Below, in pieces: positions 7,941 through 17,932 of a stretch of DNA of 64,000 nt. The stretch comes from an uncultured Candidatus Saccharibacteria bacterium. Lineage in GTDB: Bacteria > Patescibacteriota > Saccharimonadia > Saccharimonadales > JAGQNJ01. The position numbers and the translations under genes were made by a program. Location of the stretch: the NCBI GenBank assembly GCA_964577565.1, contig CAZNZL010000001.1, positions 78,566-142,565 on the forward strand, written 5' to 3'. The notes beneath the pieces were generated by a model. It was not told the origin of the DNA and searched no databases. It saw nothing but the letters and a program-made list of their open reading frames with translations. Positions within the stretch are counted from its first letter, which is position 1, and every line of letters begins with the position of its first letter.

Positions 7941-9124
7941 CCCGATAGCCACTCCATTAAGCGGCTCCATAAGCTCGGTGCATTACCTGGTACAATTGCT
8001 GGGCGTGCGTTTGCGGTGCGAGCCGTACTGGCTACATTTGTAGCGGGGTCAGGTGTGATTTGCTCACCAACCACAATCAGCCGATTAATCGAAGTACCGG
8101 GCGGGTCACAGGTAATAAGTGTGACTGTTGCAGGTTTATCGGTTTTGCCCAGTACTGATACATCAGTTGGTGACACAATTCTTTTCTCATAAATCCGGTA
8201 GACGTATCGTTTACCGTTCTTAGTGAGAGAAAACGTATCTCCCTCCTCGAGCTTATTAAGCAACACAAAGGCAAACTTATACTTACCGCGATTAAAGAGA
8301 TTGTTGCTTGAGTGACCGACGATGACACCATTACCTTCTTCACCAGGGTTAGGGGTTGTGGCATAGTGAACCACACCGTTCTCAAGTGCCGTCTGAATAT
8401 CTTTCTCTTGAATTGAATTAACGTTATAAACAACCGGCACTTCAACGTTGATTTTAGGAATTATCACTTTGGTTTCGGGGCCAACAGCGGTTGAATCGGG
8501 GTTAATAATAATTGGCGTTGAACTTACATTTCTGCTAGGGGTTATAAAAGGCGTAATAAACCGCTCGTTAAAAAAGCTAAACAATAAAATTACCATTACC
8601 GCAGCGCCAAGACCCAGCCCAAAAAGCAGCGACTTAAAGTTTTGTTTTGCAGTCGCGGTCGCTTTTCGCCGGTTTTTTACCGTGCGGCGAATGTGTGATT
8701 TAGTGGCTTGCAGGGACTTTTTAGGGGCGCGCTTTTGCGTCGGTTTTGGTTCATGATATGTATGGGTGGTTGTAGGTGGATGTTGCGCTGTAGGTTCTGG
8801 TGAAGGCTCGGGTTTATGCACTGCCTTTTTCTCGTGGGCTTTGTAAAATTCTTGCCAAACTTCGTGTTTTTCTTTGTCGTTTAAGTTTTGGTAGTATTCA
8901 TGCCACGCAGTTTGAATTTCAGCCATTGACTTGCCCGAATCAGTCAGCTCTTTCATGTATTGTTGATGCTTTGATAGCTTTCCGGTTTCTTGTGCCACCT
9001 CTTTAATTTCCGCCTTCGCGCTCGGTTCATCACCATAAATAGCATTAATTTTTGAGCGAATAAGATTAACCGCTGGATCTTCCGTTTGATTTTGCTGCGA
9101 CTGATTAGAGTGGTTATCTGACAT
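7937..9124 (-). CDS. Sortase family transpeptidase with long N-terminal extension
   Basis: TLITCDP (TLxTC catalytic Cys motif), a VGHSS His motif, and one TM helix. Confidence 0.8.
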   Translation of the reverse strand: MSDNHSNQSQQNQTEDPAVNLIRSKINAIYGDEPSAKAEIKEVAQETGKLSKHQQYMKELTDSGKSMAEIQTAWHEYYQNLNDKEKHEVWQEFYKAHEKKAVHKPEPSPEPTAQHPPTTTHTYHEPKPTQKRAPKKSLQATKSHIRRTVKNRRKATATAKQNFKSLLFGLGLGAAVMVILLFSFFNERFITPFITPSRNVSSTPIIINPDSTAVGPETKVIIPKINVEVPVVYNVNSIQEKDIQTALENGVVHYATTPNPGEEGNGVIVGHSSNNLFNRGKYKFAFVLLNKLEEGDTFSLTKNGKRYVYRIYEKRIVSPTDVSVLGKTDKPATVTLITCDPPGTSINRLIVVGEQITPDPATNVASTARTANARPAIVPGNAPSLWSRLMEWLSG

Positions 9125-9377
9125 AAGCTTTATTGAACTCTAGTTTAACAGATAAGACTATAGTATAATACCCCCCGTCATAAGATGCGACTTGCTGGTT
9201 GATGGATACAAGCATCTCGGATAGCCGCATTACGTATGGCTTGTAATTACTAGTTTTGCAAATTAAGGAGCGGCTTAGCCGACTCGACTGTTTGCAAAAC
9301 TAAAAGGAAGAAGCGACTAAAGCGTGAAACAAAAACCTTAATTAGTTTTTGTGGAAGGCGACCGTCGATTCTGACGC

Positions 9378-9462
9378 GGGCGAGTGGCGGAACTGGTAGA
9401 CGCGCACGACTCAAAATCGTGTATCTTCGGATGTGAGAGTTCGAGTCTCTCCTTGCCCACCA
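9378..9462 (+). tRNA. tRNA-Leu(CAA)
   Basis: Acceptor GGGCGAG/CTTGCCC, anticodon loop CT-CAA-AA, long variable arm, T arm GAGAG-TTCGAGT-CTCTC, encoded CCA. Confidence 0.9.
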
Positions 9463-9472
9463 ATCAATTACT

Positions 9473-10117
9473 ATGAAACAGATTTTTATACTAGGTGCCA
9501 GTAGTGTTTATGGTGTAGGTGCAAAAAACTCGGGCTGGGGTGATCTCATCAAGTCATACGTACATTCAAAGATGTATGATGACAATGGGGTTGGCGAAAA
9601 GTACGAAGTATTTAATTTCTCAAAAGCAGGTGCAACTGTCGAGTTTGTCGAGGATGCAATCAAGCCAATCTACAATTTATTTGCAAGAAACAAAGATCTT
9701 CTAACTCTGATATCTGTGGGCGGTAATGATGCAAAAGCAGAGCACAGCACAGAAAATTATGTGTGTTCACCAGACGAATTTGCAATTAAGATAGACAGAC
9801 TTATTAACAAACTTAAGAAGTACAGTAATCATATAGTTTTTGTTAGTAATAATCCTATCGATGAGTCAAAAACCAATCCAAAGCTTAGTCCCTTCGGTGA
9901 TAATAAAAAATCTTTCTTCACAAACGAGCGAAGAGCTCTATTTAACATCATTATCAGAGAAGTATGCGAGAGGCAAGGCATAAAGTTTGTGGTCACGAAA
10001 ATTGAACAACAAATATGGATCAACAATTATCTTTACAGTGACGGCTTGCATCCGAATCAAGCTGGCTATTATAAAATTTTTGAAAGCATTAAGCCGCTAA
10101 TTGATAGCTATCTATAA
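9473..10117 (+). CDS. SGNH/GDSL-type hydrolase
   Basis: GASSVYGVG (block I Ser), GGNDA, and DGLHPN (block V). A paralog lies at 37192-37845. Confidence 0.8.
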   Translation: MKQIFILGASSVYGVGAKNSGWGDLIKSYVHSKMYDDNGVGEKYEVFNFSKAGATVEFVEDAIKPIYNLFARNKDLLTLISVGGNDAKAEHSTENYVCSPDEFAIKIDRLINKLKKYSNHIVFVSNNPIDESKTNPKLSPFGDNKKSFFTNERRALFNIIIREVCERQGIKFVVTKIEQQIWINNYLYSDGLHPNQAGYYKIFESIKPLIDSYL

Positions 10118-10909
10118 ATTATTAAGTTCATAAATTGCCGTGGTGAGGGCGGCGAAGATTTTGCTGGGGTTTTGCATGGTCCACACAGCACAGCGCGTGG
10201 CGGTTTGTACGCGCCAGATGCTCTCGTCATTGCTGTCTTTGGTGGTTGAAACTTCACCGTCTTTGGCACAATAAAAGATATCATTGTGTTTAATAACAAT
10301 TGCAGCACTATGTATCGTCGTAAATAAATGTAGGTTTTCAACCATAATTGCAAGCGGCATATCATAGGTAAAGGCCTCTGTAAAACGCATGCCGGTTGCG
10401 ATTTTTTGCAGTTGAGCAAAACTGGCTACGATGGTAGTGTCGGCTCTGTCAATAAGTTTGTCAGGTAGATTCGTAAAGTAATCGAGCGCATCGTGCGTAA
10501 TGGTTATCTGGCCGGAGTATTTTTGAATAAACTGCTCTAAGACAACGGCGGTTTCGCTATTGCGACCCATATCGCCCGACAATAGTACTCCATCACTCCA
10601 TTGAGCAAAGTCAAGCCACTGGGCAAGCGCTTCTTTACTAAAGCTGCCGCTTTTTGTACTTGGTGCAAACTCGCCGTTTTCAAATATACGGCCAATGGTC
10701 TGTTTTAATGCGTCAGGTAGTAGTACTTTTACCGCGCCCGCTCCGGCACTTGCGGCAGCTTGATATGCCGTAGCGGGCACCGTAAAGCTATGAGCGTTAC
10801 CGCCAACTATAAGCAGCTTACCAGCGTGTTGCTTGTTTTCCGGCTTATCCCACAGTAGCTCGTCGTAAAGCGGTTTGTCGCCTTGTTTATGCCAGTATGT
10901 AGTGCTCAC
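10112..10909 (-). CDS. YjeF C-terminal-like (NAD(P)HX dehydratase-fold) protein
   Basis: HAGKLLIVGGNAHSFTVPATAYQAAASAGAGAVKVLLP resembles the N-terminal signature of YjeF_C. I did not recognise the C-terminal GxGD motif. Confidence 0.5.
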   Translation of the reverse strand: MSTTYWHKQGDKPLYDELLWDKPENKQHAGKLLIVGGNAHSFTVPATAYQAAASAGAGAVKVLLPDALKQTIGRIFENGEFAPSTKSGSFSKEALAQWLDFAQWSDGVLLSGDMGRNSETAVVLEQFIQKYSGQITITHDALDYFTNLPDKLIDRADTTIVASFAQLQKIATGMRFTEAFTYDMPLAIMVENLHLFTTIHSAAIVIKHNDIFYCAKDGEVSTTKDSNDESIWRVQTATRCAVWTMQNPSKIFAALTTAIYELNNL

Positions 10910-11597
10910 CTTGTTTCTCCAGTTGATAAATTACATTCTTTCTTTCGATAATTATCTTCCATCCATGCTGTTGAGCAATAGCAAAGAGCTCTTGGTTAGG
11001 GTTAAAGGCAATCGGGTTCTCTACCATCTCAAGCATAACCGCATCAGACTTGCTGTCGCCTATAGCATAACTATCCTTCAACGACAGATCGTGTAGTTTA
11101 ATGAGTCGTTCAAGCTCGGTTTGTTTGTGCAAACTGGCTATATACTTTTTGCCGGTAAAACCTTGTTCGTCTCGTTCGTAACGGGTACCGACGCTTGTAT
11201 CAAAACCATAGGTTTTAGCAATGTGCTCAACAATTTCTTCGTGTGAGCCCGACAATGCAATTAAAAAGTACCCCTGGTCTTTCAATTGTTTGGCTAGGTT
11301 TCTGGTGTAGAGATAGGTTTGTTTTTTATATTGCGTGGCAATCTCGTCTATCACCTCATCAAATTTGGCTGACTGAATGTAGGCAAGCGAGGCTTCGTAA
11401 ATTTTTACCAAAACACCCTCATAGTCGTGAAAAGCTTCTTCAGATTCACGGTTTTTCCAGCGCATAAGGGCTGATTGAAGTTGTTCATTGGCACCAGGCT
11501 TAAGGAGATCTTTCTTTGCCAAGCGGTTTACAATTGCGTGATACAGTTGCCAGCGTATAAGCGTGCCATCAATGTCAAACACGGCAAACTTTTTCAT
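10887..11597 (-). CDS. HAD-IB family hydrolase
   Basis: FDIDGTLI (motif I) and GDSKSD (motif IV-like). Size is typical. Confidence 0.8.
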   Translation of the reverse strand: MKKFAVFDIDGTLIRWQLYHAIVNRLAKKDLLKPGANEQLQSALMRWKNRESEEAFHDYEGVLVKIYEASLAYIQSAKFDEVIDEIATQYKKQTYLYTRNLAKQLKDQGYFLIALSGSHEEIVEHIAKTYGFDTSVGTRYERDEQGFTGKKYIASLHKQTELERLIKLHDLSLKDSYAIGDSKSDAVMLEMVENPIAFNPNQELFAIAQQHGWKIIIERKNVIYQLEKQGEHYILA

Positions 11598-11601
11598 AAG
11601 A

Positions 11602-12090
11602 CTATACTCTTAAAATATTTCCTACTATCACACCAATAAGAGTTGCGATGCCGCCGATTAGTAAAACTTCTAAAGCGCTTTTGAGAGGCGAAACTTTAAC
11701 AATCTTACCTTTGTAGTAGCCAAGTATAAATAGCGCAAGTAATGCCGCCAGAATGGTAACATTGCGCGAGTATGCCGGCGGAAACAATATGATAGTTAGA
11801 AGCGGAACAAGGCCTGCCAAAAAATAAGACCCAAACATTATCAACCCGCTGATAAACGGTACTCTGAATGAATCAGCCTTATCTAATTGATGGGCTGATT
11901 TTGAACTTAGGTACTGGCCAGAGCCCATCGACAGGGCTTCTACCAGTATGGTTACCACGCCAGCTAGAATAACCACTTGTTTATTATTGGTGCCGGTGCT
12001 TACGCCCACGATTACGCCCGTAGTAGAAACGAGCGCATCATTGAAACCAAACATAGCACTTTGTAAATACTCTTTTTTGACATTTGTCAT
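11602..12090 (-). CDS. VIT1/CCC1 family membrane protein
   Basis: FGFNDALVSTTGVIVGV motif and multiple TM helices. Confidence 0.7.
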   Translation of the reverse strand: MTNVKKEYLQSAMFGFNDALVSTTGVIVGVSTGTNNKQVVILAGVVTILVEALSMGSGQYLSSKSAHQLDKADSFRVPFISGLIMFGSYFLAGLVPLLTIILFPPAYSRNVTILAALLALFILGYYKGKIVKVSPLKSALEVLLIGGIATLIGVIVGNILRV

Positions 12091-12241
12091 ACCATCATAA
12101 TATCAGAAGGCAGTGAATCTATGCGTTTTTTAGTGAAGGCACTACTGTTATAGCATAGCTAATTAACATATCTTATTCGCGCCAAATTAAAAGTGCGCAG
12201 ACACGCTATATATGGTGTATATACGCTATATATAGCGTAGT

Positions 12242-13207
12242 TTATAGAACAATTTCGATACTAATTGGGCAATGGTCAGAGCCCATCTGCTTTGGGTGGA
12301 TTTCAGCTGTCTTAATCTTGTTTTTAAGTGATTCTGATACCAGAAAGTAGTCAATCCGCCAGCCAACGTTGCGTGCACGACTATTGGCAAAGTGACTCCA
12401 CCAGGTGTAGTAGCCCTTACCTTGTTTAAACATGCGAAACGTATCGACAAAGCCAGCTGCTAGCCACCTGTCAAAACCCGTCCGTTCTTCTTCGGTAAAA
12501 CCTTTTTTGCCTTTGTTCGGGCCAGGGTTTGCTAGGTCGTCTTCGGTGTGGGCTACATTCATGTCACCGCAGTAAATAACCGGCTTTCCTCCGGAGCTTT
12601 TTGCCACACCGGCCTGTCTTCTAGCAGAGCCAGAAGTACTGCCGTTGTTCTTGGCAGGTTGCTGCGTTGCTGCCTGCCGTGCTCCTTCATCGTACTCCTT
12701 GTACGTCTCAGTTTGCTCCTCAACTGCGCCTTGCTCTCTATACAAGCGAAAAGCTCCGGATTCTAAGGCTTTACAGTAGGCAATCATGGCTTGGTCCCAT
12801 TGTTGGCGCAACGGAATACGCGTGAGGTCGTCTTTGGCGTTTGGTGTATAGGCGGTTACAACGTAAAAATCATCAAATTCGGCAGCGATTACCCTGCCCT
12901 CATCATTACTATGGCCGTAGTTATCAAGTACCAAGCCACCTTCTTTCACAAATTTTTCGGGGATGTCATTAATAATTGCAATTGGCTTTATTTTGGTAAA
13001 AATTGCCGTGCCGCTGTAACCCTTTTTTGCTTTGGATGAGTTCCAGTATTCTTCATATTGCGGTAAGTCGATTACAGCTTGCCCCTGTTCTGCTTTGGTT
13101 TCTTGCAAGCATAGTATATCGGGGTCGTGCTCGGTGATAAATTTTTGAAACTCACCCTTACGTACGACGGCACGAATACCATTGACGTTCCAGCTATAAA
13201 TCTTCAT
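12242..13207 (-). CDS. xth: Exodeoxyribonuclease III with internal low-complexity insertion
   Basis: MKIYSWNVNGIRA, LCLQETK, and SDHCP at the C terminus. There is a roughly 55-aa Gln/Ala/Gly/Ser-rich insert (about aa 150-210). Confidence 0.9.
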   Translation of the reverse strand: MKIYSWNVNGIRAVVRKGEFQKFITEHDPDILCLQETKAEQGQAVIDLPQYEEYWNSSKAKKGYSGTAIFTKIKPIAIINDIPEKFVKEGGLVLDNYGHSNDEGRVIAAEFDDFYVVTAYTPNAKDDLTRIPLRQQWDQAMIAYCKALESGAFRLYREQGAVEEQTETYKEYDEGARQAATQQPAKNNGSTSGSARRQAGVAKSSGGKPVIYCGDMNVAHTEDDLANPGPNKGKKGFTEEERTGFDRWLAAGFVDTFRMFKQGKGYYTWWSHFANSRARNVGWRIDYFLVSESLKNKIKTAEIHPKQMGSDHCPISIEIVL

Positions 13208-13238
13208 GCCTAACAGTATATCATCGCTAATTATGTAT

Positions 13239-14033
13239 TCAGACCTGATACTTATCTAAGTCTGTTGCAATGTGTACGGCGCCCTTATATCCAGTTTTCT
13301 TGACTTGTGCTTTCATGTCGTTGGGATTGGACGAATAATGAGTCAAGACAAGTTTTTTGGTATTTGCTTGGATAGCTACTCGTGCGGCGCCACCTGCATT
13401 AACGTGCCTTTTATTGCTTTCTAGGCCTTCAGTTGGTAATGCTGCCTCACACAAAAACACATCAGCATCTTGTGCGGCAGCAATTAGGCCTTCGCAGATT
13501 GTTGCATCGCCTGAGTAGGCTAACGACTTATTGCTATCCTGGAGTTTATACGCCAATGCCTCACGGTCACCATGCACGACTTTATGTGCAGTTATAGCGA
13601 TACCTTTATATTCTAGCGTCTCCCCATTTGCTAATTCGCGGATATGTAGATCGATATTCTCTAGTAGTTTGATTTTAAATTGGCCTTCGCCCCAGGCGGC
13701 CTCCCAATTATTCACGATTTTCTCGGTAAGCCCTTTAGGACCAAAGATATCTAATGATAATTTTTCTTGCTTATTATTGAAATGATTTGTATGCCATCGA
13801 ACTAGATAATCTTGTAAAAAGCAGTTAGGTGAAAAGTGATCCGGGTGAAAGTGACTAAAAAAGATTGCATCGATATCTAAACTTGTAAGGCCGCATTTTG
13901 CCAATTGACCGCGCGTGCCATCACTGCAATCGAGAAGTAGTTTAACGTTGTTTGCGGTAACAAGATGTGCTGCCGTGTTTCTAAATTCTACGCCGATATC
14001 TGATTTGCCTGAGCCGAGTACAGTTAATTCCAT
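13239..14033 (-). CDS. MBL-fold metallo-hydrolase (RNase Z-like)
   Basis: HFHPDH metal-binding motif and downstream His/Asp ligands. Confidence 0.8.
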   Translation of the reverse strand: MELTVLGSGKSDIGVEFRNTAAHLVTANNVKLLLDCSDGTRGQLAKCGLTSLDIDAIFFSHFHPDHFSPNCFLQDYLVRWHTNHFNNKQEKLSLDIFGPKGLTEKIVNNWEAAWGEGQFKIKLLENIDLHIRELANGETLEYKGIAITAHKVVHGDREALAYKLQDSNKSLAYSGDATICEGLIAAAQDADVFLCEAALPTEGLESNKRHVNAGGAARVAIQANTKKLVLTHYSSNPNDMKAQVKKTGYKGAVHIATDLDKYQV

Positions 14034-14057
14034 ATGTAAAAGTTTAACACTATTTTA

Positions 14058-14149
14058 TGGCGGAGAGAGAGGGATTCGAACCCTCGATACGCCTCGCGAC
14101 GCATACACGCTTTCCAAGCGTGCTCCTTCAACCACTCGGACATCTCTCC
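14058..14149 (-). tRNA. tRNA-Ser(GGA)
   Basis: Reverse complement reads GGAGAGA...CT-GGA-AA...long variable arm...GAGGG-TTCGAAT-CCCTC-TCTCTCC-G-CCA. Confidence 0.9.
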
Positions 14150-14241
14150 GTATTTGCTGGATTATATCTTAAAAATTACTACATTTACATAGCTCTTAAC
14201 CTTGCTCTTCCCTTGATTAACAGCGTACACTAGAGGTAGAC

Positions 14242-15111
14242 ATGGCATTAATTGAGATTAAAGAAGTCAGCAAGCTGTTTGGCTTTGGCGACGCCGCTAC
14301 CATAGCGCTCGACGAAGTTGATTTTAGCGTGAACAAAGGTGAGTTTGTGGCTATTATGGGCCCGAGCGGTTCTGGCAAATCTACGTTGATGAACATTATT
14401 GGCTTGCTCGACCGTCCCACATACGGGGTTTATAATTTAAATGGTCGTTCTACTGCTAAACTGCGTACTAAACAACGTGCTAAAATACGGCGTGACAACA
14501 TCGGCTTTGTGTTTCAATCATTCAATTTACTACCTCGCCTAACCGCGATTGAAAACGTTGCCCTGCCGCTGGCTTATAAAGGTTTAACACCAGTACGCAG
14601 ACTAAAACGAGCCGAGCAAATTCTTGAGCGCGTGGGCTTGGCCGATAAAGATGCATTTTATCCCCATCAACTGAGTGGCGGTCAGATTCAGCGCGTCGCC
14701 ATTGCCAGGGCGCTTATTAATAACCCTGATTTGCTCATTGCTGACGAGCCAACTGGCAACCTTGATAGCTTATCTAGCCGCGTTGTTATGGAGCTGTTAA
14801 GCGAGATCCATGCCTCTGGCAACACCATCTTGATGGTAACGCACAACCCAGAGCTGACGCGGTATGCAAACAGAGTGGTTTATATGCACGATGGCGCGAT
14901 AATCCATGATGAAAAGAGCGCAATTGGTGAAGTCCCGACTGCTATTCGCCGCAGCCTCTATTTTGCGCCGCGCACAACTGAAGAAGATGATCTTGCCGGC
15001 ATCTCTGCTTTAATGAAGACTATCCCCGGCGACTTAGCACCGAAGCGTCAAAAGAAGAAACCGGCTAAAAAAGCCCGTAAAGTTTCTAAAAAGCGAGTGA
15101 GAAAAGTATGA
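14242..15111 (+). CDS. ABC transporter ATP-binding protein (MacB/LolD-like) with Lys-rich tail
   Basis: [24 protein letters not shown], and [12 protein letters not shown]. Confidence 0.9.
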   Translation: MALIEIKEVSKLFGFGDAATIALDEVDFSVNKGEFVAIMGPSGSGKSTLMNIIGLLDRPTYGVYNLNGRSTAKLRTKQRAKIRRDNIGFVFQSFNLLPRLTAIENVALPLAYKGLTPVRRLKRAEQILERVGLADKDAFYPHQLSGGQIQRVAIARALINNPDLLIADEPTGNLDSLSSRVVMELLSEIHASGNTILMVTHNPELTRYANRVVYMHDGAIIHDEKSAIGEVPTAIRRSLYFAPRTTEEDDLAGISALMKTIPGDLAPKRQKKKPAKKARKVSKKRVRKV

Positions 15112-16328
15112 TGAACGGCAACACCAGATTAGCTCTGCAGTCAATTAGAAGCTCTAAGTGGCGCAGCTTGTTCACTATGTTGGGCGTCATTATTGGCGTG
15201 GCATCAGTTATCACAACCGTAAGTTTAGGTGAAGGCGTTAAGCGTCAAGTCAGTGACCAAATCAACCAGTTCGGTAATGATCTTATAACCATTCGCCCAG
15301 GCAGCATGTCAGCAAAACAACAAAATAGTCCTTTTGGTATTAGCATATTTAATAATGTGACTACTGTCTTTAACGACAACGATGCACGTGTGGTAAGCAA
15401 AGTACCGGGTGTAGAATCAAGTGCGCCTCTTAGTCTGGTTAGTGCGGTGCCCCGGTACGAAGGTAGAGAATACGCTGGTGGCCTCGTGATGGGAACAACG
15501 TCTAACCTGCCCCAACTCATGAACCATAAAGTACAGTACGGTTCGTTTTTTAGTGTAGGTGACGAAGGCCGCAACGTTGCGGTTATGGGTCCTAGGGTAG
15601 CCCAAGAGTTGTTTCAAGAAAACGTACCGGTTGGTAAATCGTTTCAGCTGCGTGGAGAAGAGTTTATTGTGCGTGGTATTTTTGAAGAGTTTGAAAGCAA
15701 CCCCATTACACCTGGTGCAGACTTTAATAATGCTGTATTTATACCCTATGTAACCGGACAATCATTAGTAGATGGCAACACCCAGGTTTTTCAAATCTTT
15801 GCCAAACCCCAGGATGCTAGCCAGGTTGACGCAACAGCAGACGCTATCAAACAAGCACTGTTGCGCTCACGTGACAATCAAGAAGATTTCACTATCTTAA
15901 CGCAAGGAGAATCGGTGGCCGAAACCTCTACGACACTTTCACTCATTACGGCTATGATTGCCGGTGTTGCAGCAATTTCACTACTGGTAGGCGGTATTGG
16001 TATTATGAATATTATGCTGGTGTCTGTGTCTGAGCGTACCAGAGAAATTGGTATTCGTAAGGCAGTCGGCGCAACCAACCGTCAAATTATGCAACAGTTC
16101 TTAATCGAGGCCGTAATTTTAAGCCTGGTCGGTAGTATTATTGGTATTCTGCTTTCATTACTCGCAAACTTTCTAATCCGTCTGGCGACAGACCTAGAAC
16201 CGGCAGTAAACCTGACAGTTGCCGGCATTGCTATACTGGCAGCTATTGGGGTTGGTATACTATTTGGCGTGGCACCCGCTATTAGGGCAGCCCGAAAAGA
16301 CCCGATTCAAGCACTTCGTTACCAATAA
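15108..16328 (+). CDS. ABC transporter permease (MacB/FtsX family)
   Basis: The start overlaps the ATPase stop. N-terminal TM helix, a periplasmic domain, and a C-terminal FtsX-type 3-TM bundle (RTREIGIRKAVGA). Confidence 0.9.
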   Translation: MMNGNTRLALQSIRSSKWRSLFTMLGVIIGVASVITTVSLGEGVKRQVSDQINQFGNDLITIRPGSMSAKQQNSPFGISIFNNVTTVFNDNDARVVSKVPGVESSAPLSLVSAVPRYEGREYAGGLVMGTTSNLPQLMNHKVQYGSFFSVGDEGRNVAVMGPRVAQELFQENVPVGKSFQLRGEEFIVRGIFEEFESNPITPGADFNNAVFIPYVTGQSLVDGNTQVFQIFAKPQDASQVDATADAIKQALLRSRDNQEDFTILTQGESVAETSTTLSLITAMIAGVAAISLLVGGIGIMNIMLVSVSERTREIGIRKAVGATNRQIMQQFLIEAVILSLVGSIIGILLSLLANFLIRLATDLEPAVNLTVAGIAILAAIGVGILFGVAPAIRAARKDPIQALRYQ

Positions 16329-16373
16329 AAAACCGCCCTGAAAAATAACGGGCAGTTTTTTATTGGTAAAAAC

Positions 16374-16946
16374 TTAGCGTCGACGATTAGTTTTTGGTAT
16401 CTCTGGTTCTTCTGAAGCATGCTTTGCATCGATACCAAGTGCAATGAGCATAGGGCCGGCAAGTAGCGCGTAGAGGCCTAGAATCCACACAAAAGCTACT
16501 CCGCTAGTTTCTGGTTGGAGCAAAATAACGATTCCAACTACAACGGCCAAGCCTCCGCCGATAATCATTAAGGTTTTCTCGGTGGCGCTGTTGTCCTCCA
16601 GGACGGCCATTAATACTTCAAACACCCCTCGAGCAATTAAGACGAGTCCTAAAATAAGTATCAAAGTTGCAAACGATACATTAGGGTGTCGTACAAGGTA
16701 AACACCAACCCCTAACTCAGCAAAGCCAACGAGCAGTCTCCATAACCAAGAGCCGCGTCTACTGAGAGCCATTATTGCATCAACAATACTGACCACTCCA
16801 CTTACGAGTATGTATATACTAAATATATATACGAGTGTCACCAATGTTAACCCTGGCCAAAAGACGGCTGCTATTCCAAACAAAACACCAGCCACGCCAC
16901 GCAAAACCAGAGACTCCCACATTACTCCGAGCCTATCTGCACGCAT
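16374..16946 (-). CDS. HdeD/DUF308-like membrane protein
   Basis: Repeated TM pairs, with GVLFGIAAVFWPG typical of DUF308. Confidence 0.65.
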   Translation of the reverse strand: MRADRLGVMWESLVLRGVAGVLFGIAAVFWPGLTLVTLVYIFSIYILVSGVVSIVDAIMALSRRGSWLWRLLVGFAELGVGVYLVRHPNVSFATLILILGLVLIARGVFEVLMAVLEDNSATEKTLMIIGGGLAVVVGIVILLQPETSGVAFVWILGLYALLAGPMLIALGIDAKHASEEPEIPKTNRRR

Positions 16947-17077
16947 ACGTACCTCCCCTTCGTTAATTTATAATTTTGTTTTACTCCTCTTTTGAGACCT
17001 TGTCAAATAGTTGTTAAGATAACAACCAAAATACTTCTATAATGGTGGAGCGTGATGCGTTTAGGAGGTACTATTTG

Positions 17078-17317
17078 TTAGCGGGTACCAAGCAACATCC
17101 AGTTGCCGTTTTCATAGCGCAAACGATACGTGGTATGGCCGTCAGTCATGTCAAATAACCGAATAGCGCGAGAGCCCTGCTTAACTAAGTACTGAATGCC
17201 ATCAGTAAAGGTGCATCGAGTTGTGCCAAATTCGATTTGTTTGGGGTATGATTTTAGGTCTCGTCCGTTAGCAAAGTAAAAAGAGTTAACATTGATAATC
17301 TGATTTATAGCGTACAT
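17078..17317 (-). CDS. Hypothetical small protein
   Basis: The internal ATG at 17317 is preceded by AGGAG. The longer track start at 17353 lacks an RBS. Confidence 0.4.
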   Translation of the reverse strand: MYAINQIINVNSFYFANGRDLKSYPKQIEFGTTRCTFTDGIQYLVKQGSRAIRLFDMTDGHTTYRLRYENGNWMLLGTR

Positions 17318-17612
17318 ATTCAAACTCCTATAATGTAGTAATAAAAAAACCAACTCGCATGGCTACGAATTGAAACGGATTTTTGGGTGATGAGCTGCCC
17401 GGTAGAGGTCTCCGACCGTTAACGGATATGTCTCATGACAGGAAGCTGTTTGAATATGTATGGATTAGCAGTGACCGAAGTGTACCATCCAATCGAGTGA
17501 TAAAGCCTGTCAGCAAAAAGGGCGACCCAGTGCTCACATGACTACTAACATAGTAGCACGAGCGGTTTCGGTTTGTCTGTGGTATTTTTTGCCCCGATTT
17601 TACAACAATAAA

Positions 17613-17638
17613 ATACAGCTCTCGTAAGAGAGCTGTAT
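17613..17638 (-). terminator. Intrinsic terminator-like hairpin
   Basis: ATACAGCTCTC-GTAA-GAGAGCTGTAT, an 11-bp perfect stem. It lies just downstream of the 17660-17932 gene, with an A/T-rich flank. Confidence 0.55.
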
Positions 17639-17659
17639 AAAGCTACTGGCTTAATGCGC

Positions 17660-17932
17660 TTACAGGGCGCGATGCGAGCGTGATGTAAACATCTTGACGA
17701 TTGCTATCAAGACAATCGCTCCCAGCAACGCGATGATGAAGCTGGTGAGGTTAAAGCCAGTTATGCCCTCGGCGCCCAGCATCTGGGCAACTAAACCACC
17801 CAATATGGCGCCCGCTACACCAACCAGTATGTTGGCAATCGCTCCCTGCTCTTCGTCAGTTTTCATAATGAGCGATGCAATCCACCCAACCAGAGCTCCA
17901 AATAAGATCCACAGTAAAATTCCCATATTCAT
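17660..17932 (-). CDS. GlsB/YeaQ/YmgE family (transglycosylase-associated) membrane protein
   Basis: ILLWILFGALVGWIA plus Gly-rich TM helices; about 90 aa. Confidence 0.85.
   Translation of the reverse strand: MNMGILLWILFGALVGWIASLIMKTDEEQGAIANILVGVAGAILGGLVAQMLGAEGITGFNLTSFIIALLGAIVLIAIVKMFTSRSHRAL

Noticed and set aside
12190-12240. Tandem ACGCTATATAT motifs and the palindrome CGCTATATATAGCG downstream of xth.
   Set aside because: It could be an operator, but there are only two copies in AT-rich intergenic DNA and no associated regulator is evident.
17354-17612. Possible cobalamin riboswitch or SRP-like RNA in the 260-nt spacer (GGTCGGAGACC-like and GACAGGAAGC strings).
   Set aside because: The matches to the B12 box and SRP motifs are only partial. 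The flanking genes are unrelated to cobalamin. I cannot build the conserved helices by eye, so it is left unannotated.
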